From the NCBI GenBank assembly GCA_044346175.1, contig JBIIZQ010000001.1, forward strand, positions 145,224 through 209,223: 64,000 nt of DNA. The letters run 5' to 3'. A model generated the notes under the pieces. That model had not been told where the DNA came from, searched no databases, and saw only the letters and a program-made list of their open reading frames with translations. Below, in pieces: positions 38,728 through 48,219 of this stretch. Numbering within the stretch: the first letter of the stretch is position 1; each line of letters opens with the position of its first letter. Source of the stretch: Vampirovibrionales bacterium (GTDB taxonomy: Bacteria > Cyanobacteriota > Vampirovibrionia > Vampirovibrionales > JAJTHC01). Position numbers and translations under genes: made by a program.

Positions 38728-40419
38728 GTGGAGCCTCTTTCAATGTCTATGTACCATTCAATATCCCAGGTTTCTGACCCTTCAATAGTAAAACCGTTGG
38801 CATCTAAAAATAGGAATCAATACGTAGGGCGAAAATTGCCCCTTGTCTGCTTTAATGATGTTTATGATGTGAACCGAATGGCTCAGTTCACCACGGTCCT
38901 TAAAGGATTTTTAAAGCGCTACCCCAATGCAGTAGGCTTATTTGGAGGTGATGTACTCTCTCCGAGTGTAGAGTCTAGAGCGACGAAGGGGTTACACATG
39001 ATTGATGGTTTGAACTATGTTGCCCAACTATTCAAAGGACGGTTCGTAGCTGTGCCTGGAAATCATGAATTTGATTTCGGGTTTTCTAATTTTTCCACAG
39101 CTTTAAAGAAGAGTCGTTTTTCATGGGTGCTTGCCAATGTGGTCACTGATGCTAGTACAAAAAAAGTACTGCCTCCATACGTCGTACTCAATCACCAAGG
39201 TATGAAAACGCTTGTTTACGGATTGACTTTAAAAGAAAATTACGCAAACTTACCAGAACACTTCCAAATAAAAGACCCTTTTGCGCAAGCACATCAAGAA
39301 CTTACGGAACTGCGGAAGCGCATACGTCCTGATGCGACCATTTTATTGGCACACTTGGGAGAGCATACCTACAACGACATCGCCAAGCTTCCTATTGATG
39401 TCGCTATTGTGGGACATGACCACAACCGAAAGCTGTTGACAAAAAACGGCATTAAAATCATACGAGCAGATGCCGATTTAGAGACCTTTGCAGCTTTAAC
39501 ACTACAAATGAAAAAACAACGTCCATTATGGCGGCGTATGATAGCTTTGATGCATGACACGATTTACAATCGTCTTCCTTCTTCTCGTGTAGAGCGTATA
39601 GAGCATCAATTCATTCAGGTATCTCCTCATACAGAACTTGATAAAGGCTTAATGAATCGTATTGACCCTAAAGTTTCTGAAGAGGTACATCGTTTACAGG
39701 AAAGTCTTTTTCAGGCGAAAGAGCCGCTTGATGTCCGTGCAAATAAAATTAGAGGATTTGAATCCCCTATAAGTAATTTATTGACAGATGCTTTTAGGGC
39801 AGGTTGGAATGATGAGCATCCTGATAAACCTGTTGATATGGCTTTGATTCATGCAGGAAATATTCGAGGAGATAAAATTATTCCACCAAAAGAACAGGGG
39901 TTCACCTTAAGAAACTTTTATGAAGTCTTACCTTTTCGTAACCCTGCTTTCCGTATAGAAATGTCAGGTTCTATGCTCCAATCTATATTGGAGCATTCGT
40001 TAGCGCATATTGCAAAGGGGGAGATTCCCAACAAGCATGCGGGGTCGTTTATAACCTTTAGTGGTATACGTGTGGAAGCAGATTTGACAAAGCCTTATGG
40101 AAAACGTATTTTACAAGTTACAACATTAAATGGGAAACCATTAGAAGCCACCAAAACGTATGCTATAGTCATGGATTCTTTTATTCTTCAAAAAGATGCT
40201 GGTTTCCCTATGCTACATGAATATGCCAACCAACATCCAAACAGCGTCTATAAGGATTCAAAGAGTAATTCAGACTATATTAAGTCTTGGCTATTGAAAC
40301 AAAAAAAGGAGGGTATTTCAAATAAACCTACTCTGGACGGACGCTTGCAAAAGACATCGCAGGTTCATCTTGCACATCGATGGTGGACACCACAAAAGGC
40401 TTCTATTAAGGTGTCCTGA
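38728..40419 (+). CDS. Bifunctional metallophosphatase/5'-nucleotidase family protein
   Basis: Calcineurin-like motifs GDVLS, GNHEFD and GHDH, plus the 5'-nucleotidase C-terminal domain pattern. Confidence 0.7.
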   Translation: MEPLSMSMYHSISQVSDPSIVKPLASKNRNQYVGRKLPLVCFNDVYDVNRMAQFTTVLKGFLKRYPNAVGLFGGDVLSPSVESRATKGLHMIDGLNYVAQLFKGRFVAVPGNHEFDFGFSNFSTALKKSRFSWVLANVVTDASTKKVLPPYVVLNHQGMKTLVYGLTLKENYANLPEHFQIKDPFAQAHQELTELRKRIRPDATILLAHLGEHTYNDIAKLPIDVAIVGHDHNRKLLTKNGIKIIRADADLETFAALTLQMKKQRPLWRRMIALMHDTIYNRLPSSRVERIEHQFIQVSPHTELDKGLMNRIDPKVSEEVHRLQESLFQAKEPLDVRANKIRGFESPISNLLTDAFRAGWNDEHPDKPVDMALIHAGNIRGDKIIPPKEQGFTLRNFYEVLPFRNPAFRIEMSGSMLQSILEHSLAHIAKGEIPNKHAGSFITFSGIRVEADLTKPYGKRILQVTTLNGKPLEATKTYAIVMDSFILQKDAGFPMLHEYANQHPNSVYKDSKSNSDYIKSWLLKQKKEGISNKPTLDGRLQKTSQVHLAHRWWTPQKASIKVS

Positions 40420-40590
40420 AAATCTAAAAAAAAGCCAAACCTTCTCTGGAGAGGGGAGGGTCTGTGGTATCATGTTCGTGATAGGCTTAAAGGGTGTCGT
40501 TTAAGATATGGCTGTGTACACATGCCCCTTGACGTACCTCTGCCCCATAAGCACCATGAATTGCCTCAAGTTTTATCTGTCTGTTAACCT

Positions 40591-41205
40591 TTGGTATCCC
40601 CTAGTAAGCGACTGTTTACGCCCATGATGACAACGCCCGAAATACCCAACCCTTTCCAAACAAACGCCACTGATGAAACCCCTACAGATGATTCTGTACT
40701 TGAGATACTCTCTCCTGAGTCTGCAAGTACTCCTCAAGAAGAAGACTGGCAAGCCAAATATCACGATATGCTTGACCAACATTTGCGTCTTCGTGCCGAC
40801 TTTGAAAACTTCCGTAAGCGTCGTCAGCAAGAACTCGATGCGGCAAGAAAGTATGATGGTCAGTACATGTTATTAAACTTACTGGGAGCTTTGGATAACT
40901 ACCAGCGTGCCATGAGCTACATGCGGGAAGATTCCGACCCCAAAACACTTTTCCAAACCCTTCAAATGCTCTCCCAAGGACTCCTTCAAGCCCTTGAGCA
41001 ATCTGGCGTGTCACGCATCCAAACCCTGAATCAACCTTTCAATGCTCAAGAACATGAGGCTGTAGGCACTGTACCCTCGCAAGAGGTATCACCTGATACC
41101 GTCGTACAAGAAACCTTAGCTGGCTATAAACTTGCGGATAAACTCATCCGTCCTGCACAGGTGTTGGTGGCTGTAGCCCCTGAAACCGTCAGTAGCGAAG
41201 CCTAA
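40591..41205 (+). CDS. grpE: Nucleotide exchange factor GrpE
   Basis: RLRADFENFRKR GrpE signature and a C-terminal beta domain. Confidence 0.8.
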   Translation: MVSPSKRLFTPMMTTPEIPNPFQTNATDETPTDDSVLEILSPESASTPQEEDWQAKYHDMLDQHLRLRADFENFRKRRQQELDAARKYDGQYMLLNLLGALDNYQRAMSYMREDSDPKTLFQTLQMLSQGLLQALEQSGVSRIQTLNQPFNAQEHEAVGTVPSQEVSPDTVVQETLAGYKLADKLIRPAQVLVAVAPETVSSEA

Positions 41206-41310
41206 GCCACATACTGTTCCGCTTATTGAGAACTCGGCTTATGTCGAGTACTCATCTCAAAAAGTGCCAGAACTTCGGTTGCTGGCACATTGACTTCCTT
41301 TACCGTTTGA

Positions 41311-42579
41311 TTGACTGTCATAAGGACATCATGCTCTACAATGCAAAGTTCTCAAGATTTTTATCAGGTTCTCGGTGTTGACCGTGCCGCCTCTCAAGAT
41401 GAAATTAAAAAAGCGTTTCGCCAAAAAGCCAAACAATATCACCCTGATATGAACAAAGCCCCTGATGCAGAGGTAAAGTTTAAGGCATTAGGAGAAGCCT
41501 ACGACGTACTTGGCAATGCTGATAAACGTCGGATGTACGACCAATACGGACACGCCGCCTTCCAGCAACAAGCCCAAGGGGGTGGGGGTGGCTATGGCGG
41601 TGGCTACGAACAATGGGATTGGATGGATAACTTTGGGGATTTGTCTGATATTTTTTCCGCCTTTTTTGGTGCGGATATGGGGGGGCGGCGTGGAGGGCAA
41701 CGTGGCACTCGTGGTGGACGACGCTCCAAAGCACGTCGTGGGGATGACCTACAAACAGCCGTAAACCTTACCTTTAAGGAAGCCATTTTTGGTGTTGAAA
41801 AAACAATTACCATCCACCATGCTGTCACTTGTGGGGACTGTAACGGCTCGGGTGCCTCCAAAGAAAGCGGGGGCCCCGTCTCTTGTCATCATTGTGGTGG
41901 TACAGGGCAATTGCAACAAACCGCACAAACCATGCTCGGTTACTTTACTCAGATTGTTCCTTGTCATCATTGTCATGGGACTGGTGAACTCATTAGCGAC
42001 CCTTGTAAAACCTGCCATGGCTCTGGGCAAGTAGAACAAGAGAAAGAACTTAAACTCACGATTCCCCCAGGCGTTGACCACGGCTTACGTCTTAGAATGC
42101 TCAATGAAGGTAATGCTGGGGTGCATGGCGGGCCTGCAGGTGATTTATATGTCCTGTTACAGGTAGAGGCTGACCCCCTCTTTACTCGTGACGGTGACAC
42201 CCTTTACAGTACGGTGCCTGTGACTTACAGTCAACTTGCCTTAGGGGCGACCCTTCAAATAGAAGGGCTAGAAGGACCTATCTCCTTAGAAATACCTGCT
42301 GGCACCCCTATTGGGCATCAGTTCAGACTCAAAAACCAAGGGATTCCAAAGCTCCGAAATAATAAACAACGGGGTGACCATATGGTGACTGTGGAAGTTA
42401 GTGTCCCTAAGAAACTTTCAGGTACGCATAAAAAGCTTCTACAAGCACTCAATCAGCTTCAAAATCATGAGGCTGAGGGTAAGCCTACTCCTCATATTGC
42501 TGAATTACTCGGGATTCAGGGTGCTGCACAAAAAGATGGACTATGGGATAAAGTCTCACAGTTTTTTGGTGAGCATTAA
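41311..42579 (+). CDS. dnaJ: Chaperone DnaJ
   Basis: J-domain (DFYQVLGV...HPD), G/F-rich linker, four CxxCxGxG zinc repeats and the C-terminal domain. The probable start is MQSSQDFY at ~41341. Confidence 0.9.
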   Translation: MTVIRTSCSTMQSSQDFYQVLGVDRAASQDEIKKAFRQKAKQYHPDMNKAPDAEVKFKALGEAYDVLGNADKRRMYDQYGHAAFQQQAQGGGGGYGGGYEQWDWMDNFGDLSDIFSAFFGADMGGRRGGQRGTRGGRRSKARRGDDLQTAVNLTFKEAIFGVEKTITIHHAVTCGDCNGSGASKESGGPVSCHHCGGTGQLQQTAQTMLGYFTQIVPCHHCHGTGELISDPCKTCHGSGQVEQEKELKLTIPPGVDHGLRLRMLNEGNAGVHGGPAGDLYVLLQVEADPLFTRDGDTLYSTVPVTYSQLALGATLQIEGLEGPISLEIPAGTPIGHQFRLKNQGIPKLRNNKQRGDHMVTVEVSVPKKLSGTHKKLLQALNQLQNHEAEGKPTPHIAELLGIQGAAQKDGLWDKVSQFFGEH

Positions 42580-42597
42580 GCACTTAACAAATATCAC

Positions 42598-42643
42598 AAA
42601 GGTCGTGTGGACATTATAAGGTCTTCACACGACCTTTGTTTTG
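42598..42643 (+). terminator. Intrinsic terminator of dnaJ
   Basis: 12-bp perfect stem aaaggtcgtgtg / cacacgaccttt with a 16-nt loop, followed by GTTTTG. Confidence 0.6.
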
Positions 42644-42712
42644 CATTGATAGTGCCAGAGGGTAGTACTGTAAGCTTATTCAATCGTGTTCTTTGGTCTA
42701 CGTACTATCTCG

Positions 42713-42745
42713 CTTATGGCCCACTTATGGCCCGCTTATGGTAGC
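42713..42745. repeat. Three tandem 11-bp units CTTATGG(CCC/TAG)N
   Basis: cttatggccca, cttatggcccg and cttatggtagc, downstream of the membrane-protein gene. Confidence 0.6.
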
Positions 42746-42774
42746 CTTAAAGTGCTAAAAATGTCTGTAAAACC

Positions 42775-45084
42775 TTAATACCAAGGCATGGGCTTATATT
42801 GGAAGATATGCACTTGCTCAAGCACCGCATCCGATAAGGGCGTGAGCTTTGTTGTGTGCGGTGTTGCTTCAGAGGTGGCTTGTGAGGCAGGGCTTAAATC
42901 GGTTTGCAGCCAACGCATACCACCATCTTGATAGAGACTTGCCGTAGGGGTTAGCCCAAGGGTCATGCTTACCCAAAACGGTCTTCGTGGTATGGCCATG
43001 GTTTGAATAAGCTGCCACTGTCGCCGTTGGTAATGAGGCCAAGAGAAATATTCGGCATCGGACAGTGCGAGCCATATTGATTGAGGTTGAGCTTGAGATT
43101 GAGACGCAGTAAAGGGTTGTTTGGGGCGTTGCAGTGCTGAATTGGTAGGCAAAGTATCATTTTGTGATGATAAGACCAATGCCCCTTGTGGTTGGGCTTT
43201 GTACTGTAGCCAAGCTTCCTCCGTGAGCATTTCATGTAGGCGGGGAAGGTTGTGAATCGGTGTCTGGGCAAGCCAAATCATGCTGAGGTCTTTTTGGTAG
43301 GGTAAAACCATCCAGACTGAAGTACCTTGTCTTGAAGGCGAGACTAAAGGGTTTTGACTTGTTTGCCAAGTGGGTGTATCGCCATAGCGTCCTAAAATAG
43401 GAATGATGGCCCATGCCATGAGGAGCCAAAAACTTAAACACCAACAAATGAGACCCTTGAGCCACTGCCGACGGGAGACCTCTTGTTGTAAAAGCCATAA
43501 AAAGCTTCCGCCCAACAACATCCAGACACAGACACCGTAAAGAGGCAACTTCCAAAATGCTGCGGTATCAAGGACTTGGAACATCGTGACAAGGGTACTA
43601 GGTAGTGCCAAGGTGTGTAACCAAGCTTCAAGCTCGTGGACACCTGGTTGCATGACGGCGGGGAGTCCTTGAGCAATCGCCATCAGACCAACTAATGCTC
43701 CGATAACGAGGCCAAAGGGAAAGACACGATGCACCCAAAATAGGAGGTCTTTTCGGTGGTCCTGTGGGGCGGTAAGCACCCAGTCTTCCAAAAGGGCGAC
43801 AAGGCGAGGTAGTAAAATGGGTACCCAGAGTGCCACGCTAGGATAAAGCCCTGTGAACCCTTCTGTGAGGGTTGAGACATGACTAGACTGAACTGGCGAA
43901 GCCATCCAGAGGAAACTCATAAACACCAGTAATAGAAGTAGCCACATGGGTGGATGACTTGCAAAGTCCTGTTGTAGAAGCCACATGCCAGGACGTTGAC
44001 GGGTTTGACGTACCCCCCCCAAGGAAAAACCTCCCTGCTTTTCAATCATATCCAATAGCACAATAAACACGAACCCTGTCCAAGGGAAGGGGTCACGTAG
44101 GGTACTCATCAACCAAGCACCTAGGAGCTTCAAAGTGGCGATAGGATTTAGCCATAGCTGGTCAAGTGCAAGAAGATGCCGTGACCATTCCAGTGTTTGT
44201 AACCACCACGCTTGTAAAGATAACCACCCTAGCGTAATACATACCGCAAACGTACACGTAAGCCAAAACAAGGTACGCATGAGGGCGGTTTGTGCCATCA
44301 GAGGATGCCAGCCATAGAGAAACTGCATTTGAGCAAGAAGATATGCCAGGCCAAGGGTTAAACCCCAACCTCCTGCTACCCAAGTTTGAAGGACGATAAG
44401 GACGCTGACGCTAAAGGGGATAATATGCTTAAGAATAGTATGTTCTAAGTGGTACTGCCATAGTAGGAGAGAGGAAGTCCCTGAAATCCTTACAGGAGGG
44501 CGCCGACGTTGCTCGTCTCGGAGTGATTCTCCCCAACTTAACAGGACATGCCAAAGGAGCATGGTACACCCTAGCCATACAAATTGTCCTGTGGGTTGAA
44601 ACCATTCAAGCCACACCGCCTGAAGGGAAAAGAAACACCCTATTACCCACCAGCTGACCCCGTGAAACATCGAGGGGCTTGCTTGTTTACCGCCTAAAGT
44701 GATGACTGTACGACTCTGCCAAGCCATGAGAAGCCCGATACTGATACATAGCCCAATGATGTGGGTAAGTTGTGCCATCATAAGGGGTGTTGTACGACCA
44801 AAAACCCATGAAATTAAAGGCGTTGACTGTATTAAGGAGGCGAGCTGCACATGCTTTAAAAACCATGCTGCGGTACCTTCCTTTAACACCGCAAAACCGC
44901 AAGAAGCCCAAGCACCCCATGCTATTATCAACCCTAGCCCAATCAGGGTAAGGACTAAGCCCCATCCGAATTGACTCTGTATACTTTGTATGAAAGCAGG
45001 CACATGTCTGCTAAATTGAGCGGGTGAAACGGGGTGTTTAAGAGGTGGCATCGTAGCGGGTAGATGGCTTTTCTGTCGTGGCAT
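42775..45084 (-). CDS. Large W-rich polytopic membrane protein of unknown function (possibly a glycosyl- or lipid-transferase-like integral membrane enzyme). Likely co-transcribed with hemN.
   Basis: 769 aa with more than 12 predicted hydrophobic segments. Begins 19 nt after the hemN stop. Contains a G8 coding homopolymer (C8 on the plus strand, 44013-44020). Confidence 0.5.
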   Translation of the reverse strand: MPRQKSHLPATMPPLKHPVSPAQFSRHVPAFIQSIQSQFGWGLVLTLIGLGLIIAWGAWASCGFAVLKEGTAAWFLKHVQLASLIQSTPLISWVFGRTTPLMMAQLTHIIGLCISIGLLMAWQSRTVITLGGKQASPSMFHGVSWWVIGCFFSLQAVWLEWFQPTGQFVWLGCTMLLWHVLLSWGESLRDEQRRRPPVRISGTSSLLLWQYHLEHTILKHIIPFSVSVLIVLQTWVAGGWGLTLGLAYLLAQMQFLYGWHPLMAQTALMRTLFWLTCTFAVCITLGWLSLQAWWLQTLEWSRHLLALDQLWLNPIATLKLLGAWLMSTLRDPFPWTGFVFIVLLDMIEKQGGFSLGGVRQTRQRPGMWLLQQDFASHPPMWLLLLLVFMSFLWMASPVQSSHVSTLTEGFTGLYPSVALWVPILLPRLVALLEDWVLTAPQDHRKDLLFWVHRVFPFGLVIGALVGLMAIAQGLPAVMQPGVHELEAWLHTLALPSTLVTMFQVLDTAAFWKLPLYGVCVWMLLGGSFLWLLQQEVSRRQWLKGLICWCLSFWLLMAWAIIPILGRYGDTPTWQTSQNPLVSPSRQGTSVWMVLPYQKDLSMIWLAQTPIHNLPRLHEMLTEEAWLQYKAQPQGALVLSSQNDTLPTNSALQRPKQPFTASQSQAQPQSIWLALSDAEYFSWPHYQRRQWQLIQTMAIPRRPFWVSMTLGLTPTASLYQDGGMRWLQTDLSPASQATSEATPHTTKLTPLSDAVLEQVHIFQYKPMPWY

Positions 45085-45102
45085 CCCAAAGGGTGTTTGG
45101 GG

Positions 45103-46647
45103 TTACAAAGTACGTGAGAACACAGAACGGCCATAACGTTGTATGGCTTGGCTTTGTTGCTGTTTGAGGTAGGCATCAAAGGGCATGGCGATGTTGCGAC
45201 TAAAAATGCGTCCCAAAGGCGTAAGACGCATGGTATCATGGTGCCACTCTAGGAGTCCATCATCCACAGGGGCTGTACGTAACCATGTGAATGCTTCTGA
45301 AAAATGGCTCTGACTGTCTAAGTCAAAGAGTTTATCGACCAAAGACCAAGACAGTTGTCCTTCACACAAGAGTTGACTTATCACAAAGCGTCTTAATTGG
45401 TCTTCAGGAGAAAGTACCAAGCCACGCATCACAGGCAGTGATTCAGGGTCATGAGCGGGACGTGCCATAGCCTGATAGTAACTAGAAAGCTTTTTGACAT
45501 TTTGATAGTAAGTATGGCTACTGGCCCCTATGGCACTTACCCCAAAAGAGAACATATCGAAAAGAGGGTCTTCCCAGTGGGTTACTTCGGAGGTCATGGT
45601 ATGTGGTTTAACCGTATAGCCCATAAAATTACGGTGGAGTCGTCCTTGATAGAGGGCTTGGGTAAGCGGGTCGGACGTTTTGGCGAAATGGTCCATCCCG
45701 ATATATTCATAGCCAGCGTTGAGAAAATGAAGTAACCCTTGACGGAAAATGTTGAATTTTTCCTCTCCTTTGGGAAGGGTGTCGGTGTTCATTTTGTTTT
45801 GATGAGGGCTTAACCAAGGGACATACGCAAAGTTGTAGAGTGCTAAGCGGTCAGGCTTAAACGCTTGGGTTACAACTTCTAATGTCTGTTCAAAACTGCT
45901 GAGTGTTTGGTGAGGAAGCCCGTAAATCAGGTCGATATTCACCCCATGTTGAAAGCCAAGCTCACGTGCAATATCAATAAGTGCTTGGGTTTGTGCGACG
46001 GGCTGTATGCGGTTAATACTGTGTTGAACGTCTGTTTGAATATCCTGTACCCCCATACTAACACGGGTAAAACCTAAGGCTTTGAGGGTATACATATGTT
46101 CGGGGGTTGTCACACGAGGGTCTACCTCAAGGGCAATCTCTGCATCGGGTAGTAATACAAAACGACTGGTGAGTTTTGCATGCAGACGTGTTAACTGCTC
46201 AGGGGTGAGATATGTGGGTGTACCACCTCCCAAGTGAAGTTGTCCGACACGAGGAGGCATGTCGCCCAAGGCATCTGCGACACGGTCAATTTCTATCATT
46301 AAGTGCCTGAGATAGGTTTCGGCATGCTCACGTTGAGGGGTAATAATTACGTTGCAACTACAAAAGCTACACCGAGACTCACAAAAAGGCAAATGAACGT
46401 AAACAGACACAGGCTTTTCTTGATAAGTGAGGTCGGTACTGCGCCGCTCTTTTAACTGCTGTAGTGTTTCTTGGTATGCCTTGCTCTGGTAGCCTTCATG
46501 CCATGTGGGGGCGGTAGGGTAACTGGTGTAGCGTGGGCCTGCTGTGTTATAGCGTTGGAGTAATTCAAAGGGTACGGTAAGGGATTGTGCGATAGGTTCT
46601 AAGGCGGAAAAAGAAGGTTTTAAAACGGCATCGGACGAGAAGGACAT
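45103..46647 (-). CDS. hemN: Oxygen-independent coproporphyrinogen III oxidase (radical SAM)
   Basis: Cx3CxxC cluster LPFCESRCSFCSC and full-length HemN pattern (GGGTPTYL). Confidence 0.8.
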   Translation of the reverse strand: MSFSSDAVLKPSFSALEPIAQSLTVPFELLQRYNTAGPRYTSYPTAPTWHEGYQSKAYQETLQQLKERRSTDLTYQEKPVSVYVHLPFCESRCSFCSCNVIITPQREHAETYLRHLMIEIDRVADALGDMPPRVGQLHLGGGTPTYLTPEQLTRLHAKLTSRFVLLPDAEIALEVDPRVTTPEHMYTLKALGFTRVSMGVQDIQTDVQHSINRIQPVAQTQALIDIARELGFQHGVNIDLIYGLPHQTLSSFEQTLEVVTQAFKPDRLALYNFAYVPWLSPHQNKMNTDTLPKGEEKFNIFRQGLLHFLNAGYEYIGMDHFAKTSDPLTQALYQGRLHRNFMGYTVKPHTMTSEVTHWEDPLFDMFSFGVSAIGASSHTYYQNVKKLSSYYQAMARPAHDPESLPVMRGLVLSPEDQLRRFVISQLLCEGQLSWSLVDKLFDLDSQSHFSEAFTWLRTAPVDDGLLEWHHDTMRLTPLGRIFSRNIAMPFDAYLKQQQSQAIQRYGRSVFSRTL

Positions 46648-46737
46648 AAGCGTGAAGGCTTTTCAAATAAGCTAAAGGACGGAGCAGTAAAGGACGGAAG
46701 GGGGTGATGATATCGAGGGGCGTTCGTTGTAAGCGTG

Positions 46738-47883
46738 TTAGCCTCGAGTGAGACGTGATTGCATGAGTACGCTTAGCATAGCAAGGGTACGTTTCAGGGT
46801 GGGGCAAGGTACACCTAATTGGGTGCCAAGTGCGGCGACAGAGGCAACAATGTTGCCCACTTCAAGGGGCTTACGTTGCAGGGCATCTTGTAACATGGAG
46901 CTTTTATGGTCAGCGATGGTTTCCAAAACACGGGCATGAATTTCAGTAACATCTAGCATATGAATATCTTCACCAGCGGCGAAGCCAATGGCTTTGGCTT
47001 CGCACCCAAGTTCATGGAGCCATTCAGCAAGTTCAGGTACTCTTAACATTTCACCGTAAGTCGCTTCAGTTAATACACTCGTAGGTGCAAGTGAAAGGTT
47101 AATGAGAATTTTCCGCCATACCTCTTGGCGTATATCGTTGAGTGCCTTGACGTATAGCCCAGTTCCCTCAAACAAATCAGCCACAGCTTGTAAACGAAGG
47201 GATACGCCTAAACGGACATCGGCTTCCCCAAGGAAGAGGCGTGCGTCATTTAAGACATGCACGTTGCCAGGCTTGGTGACTTCTGCTGGCACATGAATGA
47301 CGGCTCCTAGCGTTTGTGAAGGGGGGAGTTGGTGTGCAATGGCACCCGTATCATCCACACCTAAAACATGTTGGAGTGGTTGACCTTCATGCGTTTTTAA
47401 CGACTTACCATGTAAGTACCAGTAACTTAGACCATTCATGACGGGTACAATCACCGTACCTGCATGGCAGAGTGGTGCAAGTGCTTCAGCCACCTGCTGT
47501 AAGGCATACCCCTTTACTGTGATAAAAATGAGGTCTTGCGGGGGCAGTTCAGCCATAGTATGGACGACATGTACTTTTGTGTGAAGCGGTAGTGGCAGCC
47601 CCTGCATGGTACCTGTGATGGTTAAGCCTTCAGTTGCCATATGATGGCCATGAGGTCCTCGTGCCACAAGCGTAAGTTTGGGCAAGGTTGCTTGAGCATC
47701 TGCTTTATGTGCTTCATGTTCTGGCGTAGCCTCGGCGTATTGAGAGAGTTTATGTTGGAGTAGTCCGCCAAGGAAAGACCCCACGGCACCGGCACCTACA
47801 ATCGCAATACGTTTAAAACGAAACCAAGAGGGTAGACCCTGCCCATGAGGTATGGAGGCTTCAGGTATTGAGCATGGCATCAT
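46738..47883 (-). CDS. panE: 2-dehydropantoate 2-reductase (ApbA/PanE family)
   Basis: IAIVGAGAVGSFLGGLL Rossmann motif and ketopantoate reductase family pattern. Carries a ~20-aa N-terminal extension. Confidence 0.65.
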   Translation of the reverse strand: MMPCSIPEASIPHGQGLPSWFRFKRIAIVGAGAVGSFLGGLLQHKLSQYAEATPEHEAHKADAQATLPKLTLVARGPHGHHMATEGLTITGTMQGLPLPLHTKVHVVHTMAELPPQDLIFITVKGYALQQVAEALAPLCHAGTVIVPVMNGLSYWYLHGKSLKTHEGQPLQHVLGVDDTGAIAHQLPPSQTLGAVIHVPAEVTKPGNVHVLNDARLFLGEADVRLGVSLRLQAVADLFEGTGLYVKALNDIRQEVWRKILINLSLAPTSVLTEATYGEMLRVPELAEWLHELGCEAKAIGFAAGEDIHMLDVTEIHARVLETIADHKSSMLQDALQRKPLEVGNIVASVAALGTQLGVPCPTLKRTLAMLSVLMQSRLTRG

Positions 47884-48219
47884 GGTGCATGACCTCTTTT
47901 CTGTAGGTTAAAAACTTAGGCAATATTTTAGAGCAAGGATATACCTTGATGGGATAAGGTTTTGCGGTATTTTGCTAAGGCAATTCATTCTAAAAGTTTA
48001 ACATTAAAAAGCTTTTCTTAAAAAGGGCAAACGAAGGAGACCCCGCCACTGCGTGCGGGGTGATGGTGGGTGGGTGGTGTTGCGTCGTGATGTCCCTGAT
48101 GCCGAAAGTCAGAATCCATAGCGTATTATCAAGCATGGGCGAGGGCTAAATAGCGAGGGGGTATGTTACGGTTTCGTTATATTCCTTGAGGGTTTTATGA
48201 GTCGTACTAGCTTCTAAAC

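Noticed and set aside
47884-48219. rpsU expected upstream of dnaG, plus a G-rich possible G-quadruplex (ggggtgatggtgggtgggtgg)
   Set aside because: No basic S21-like small ORF is present in any frame. The G-run pattern is borderline (two runs of only GG) and has no supporting context.
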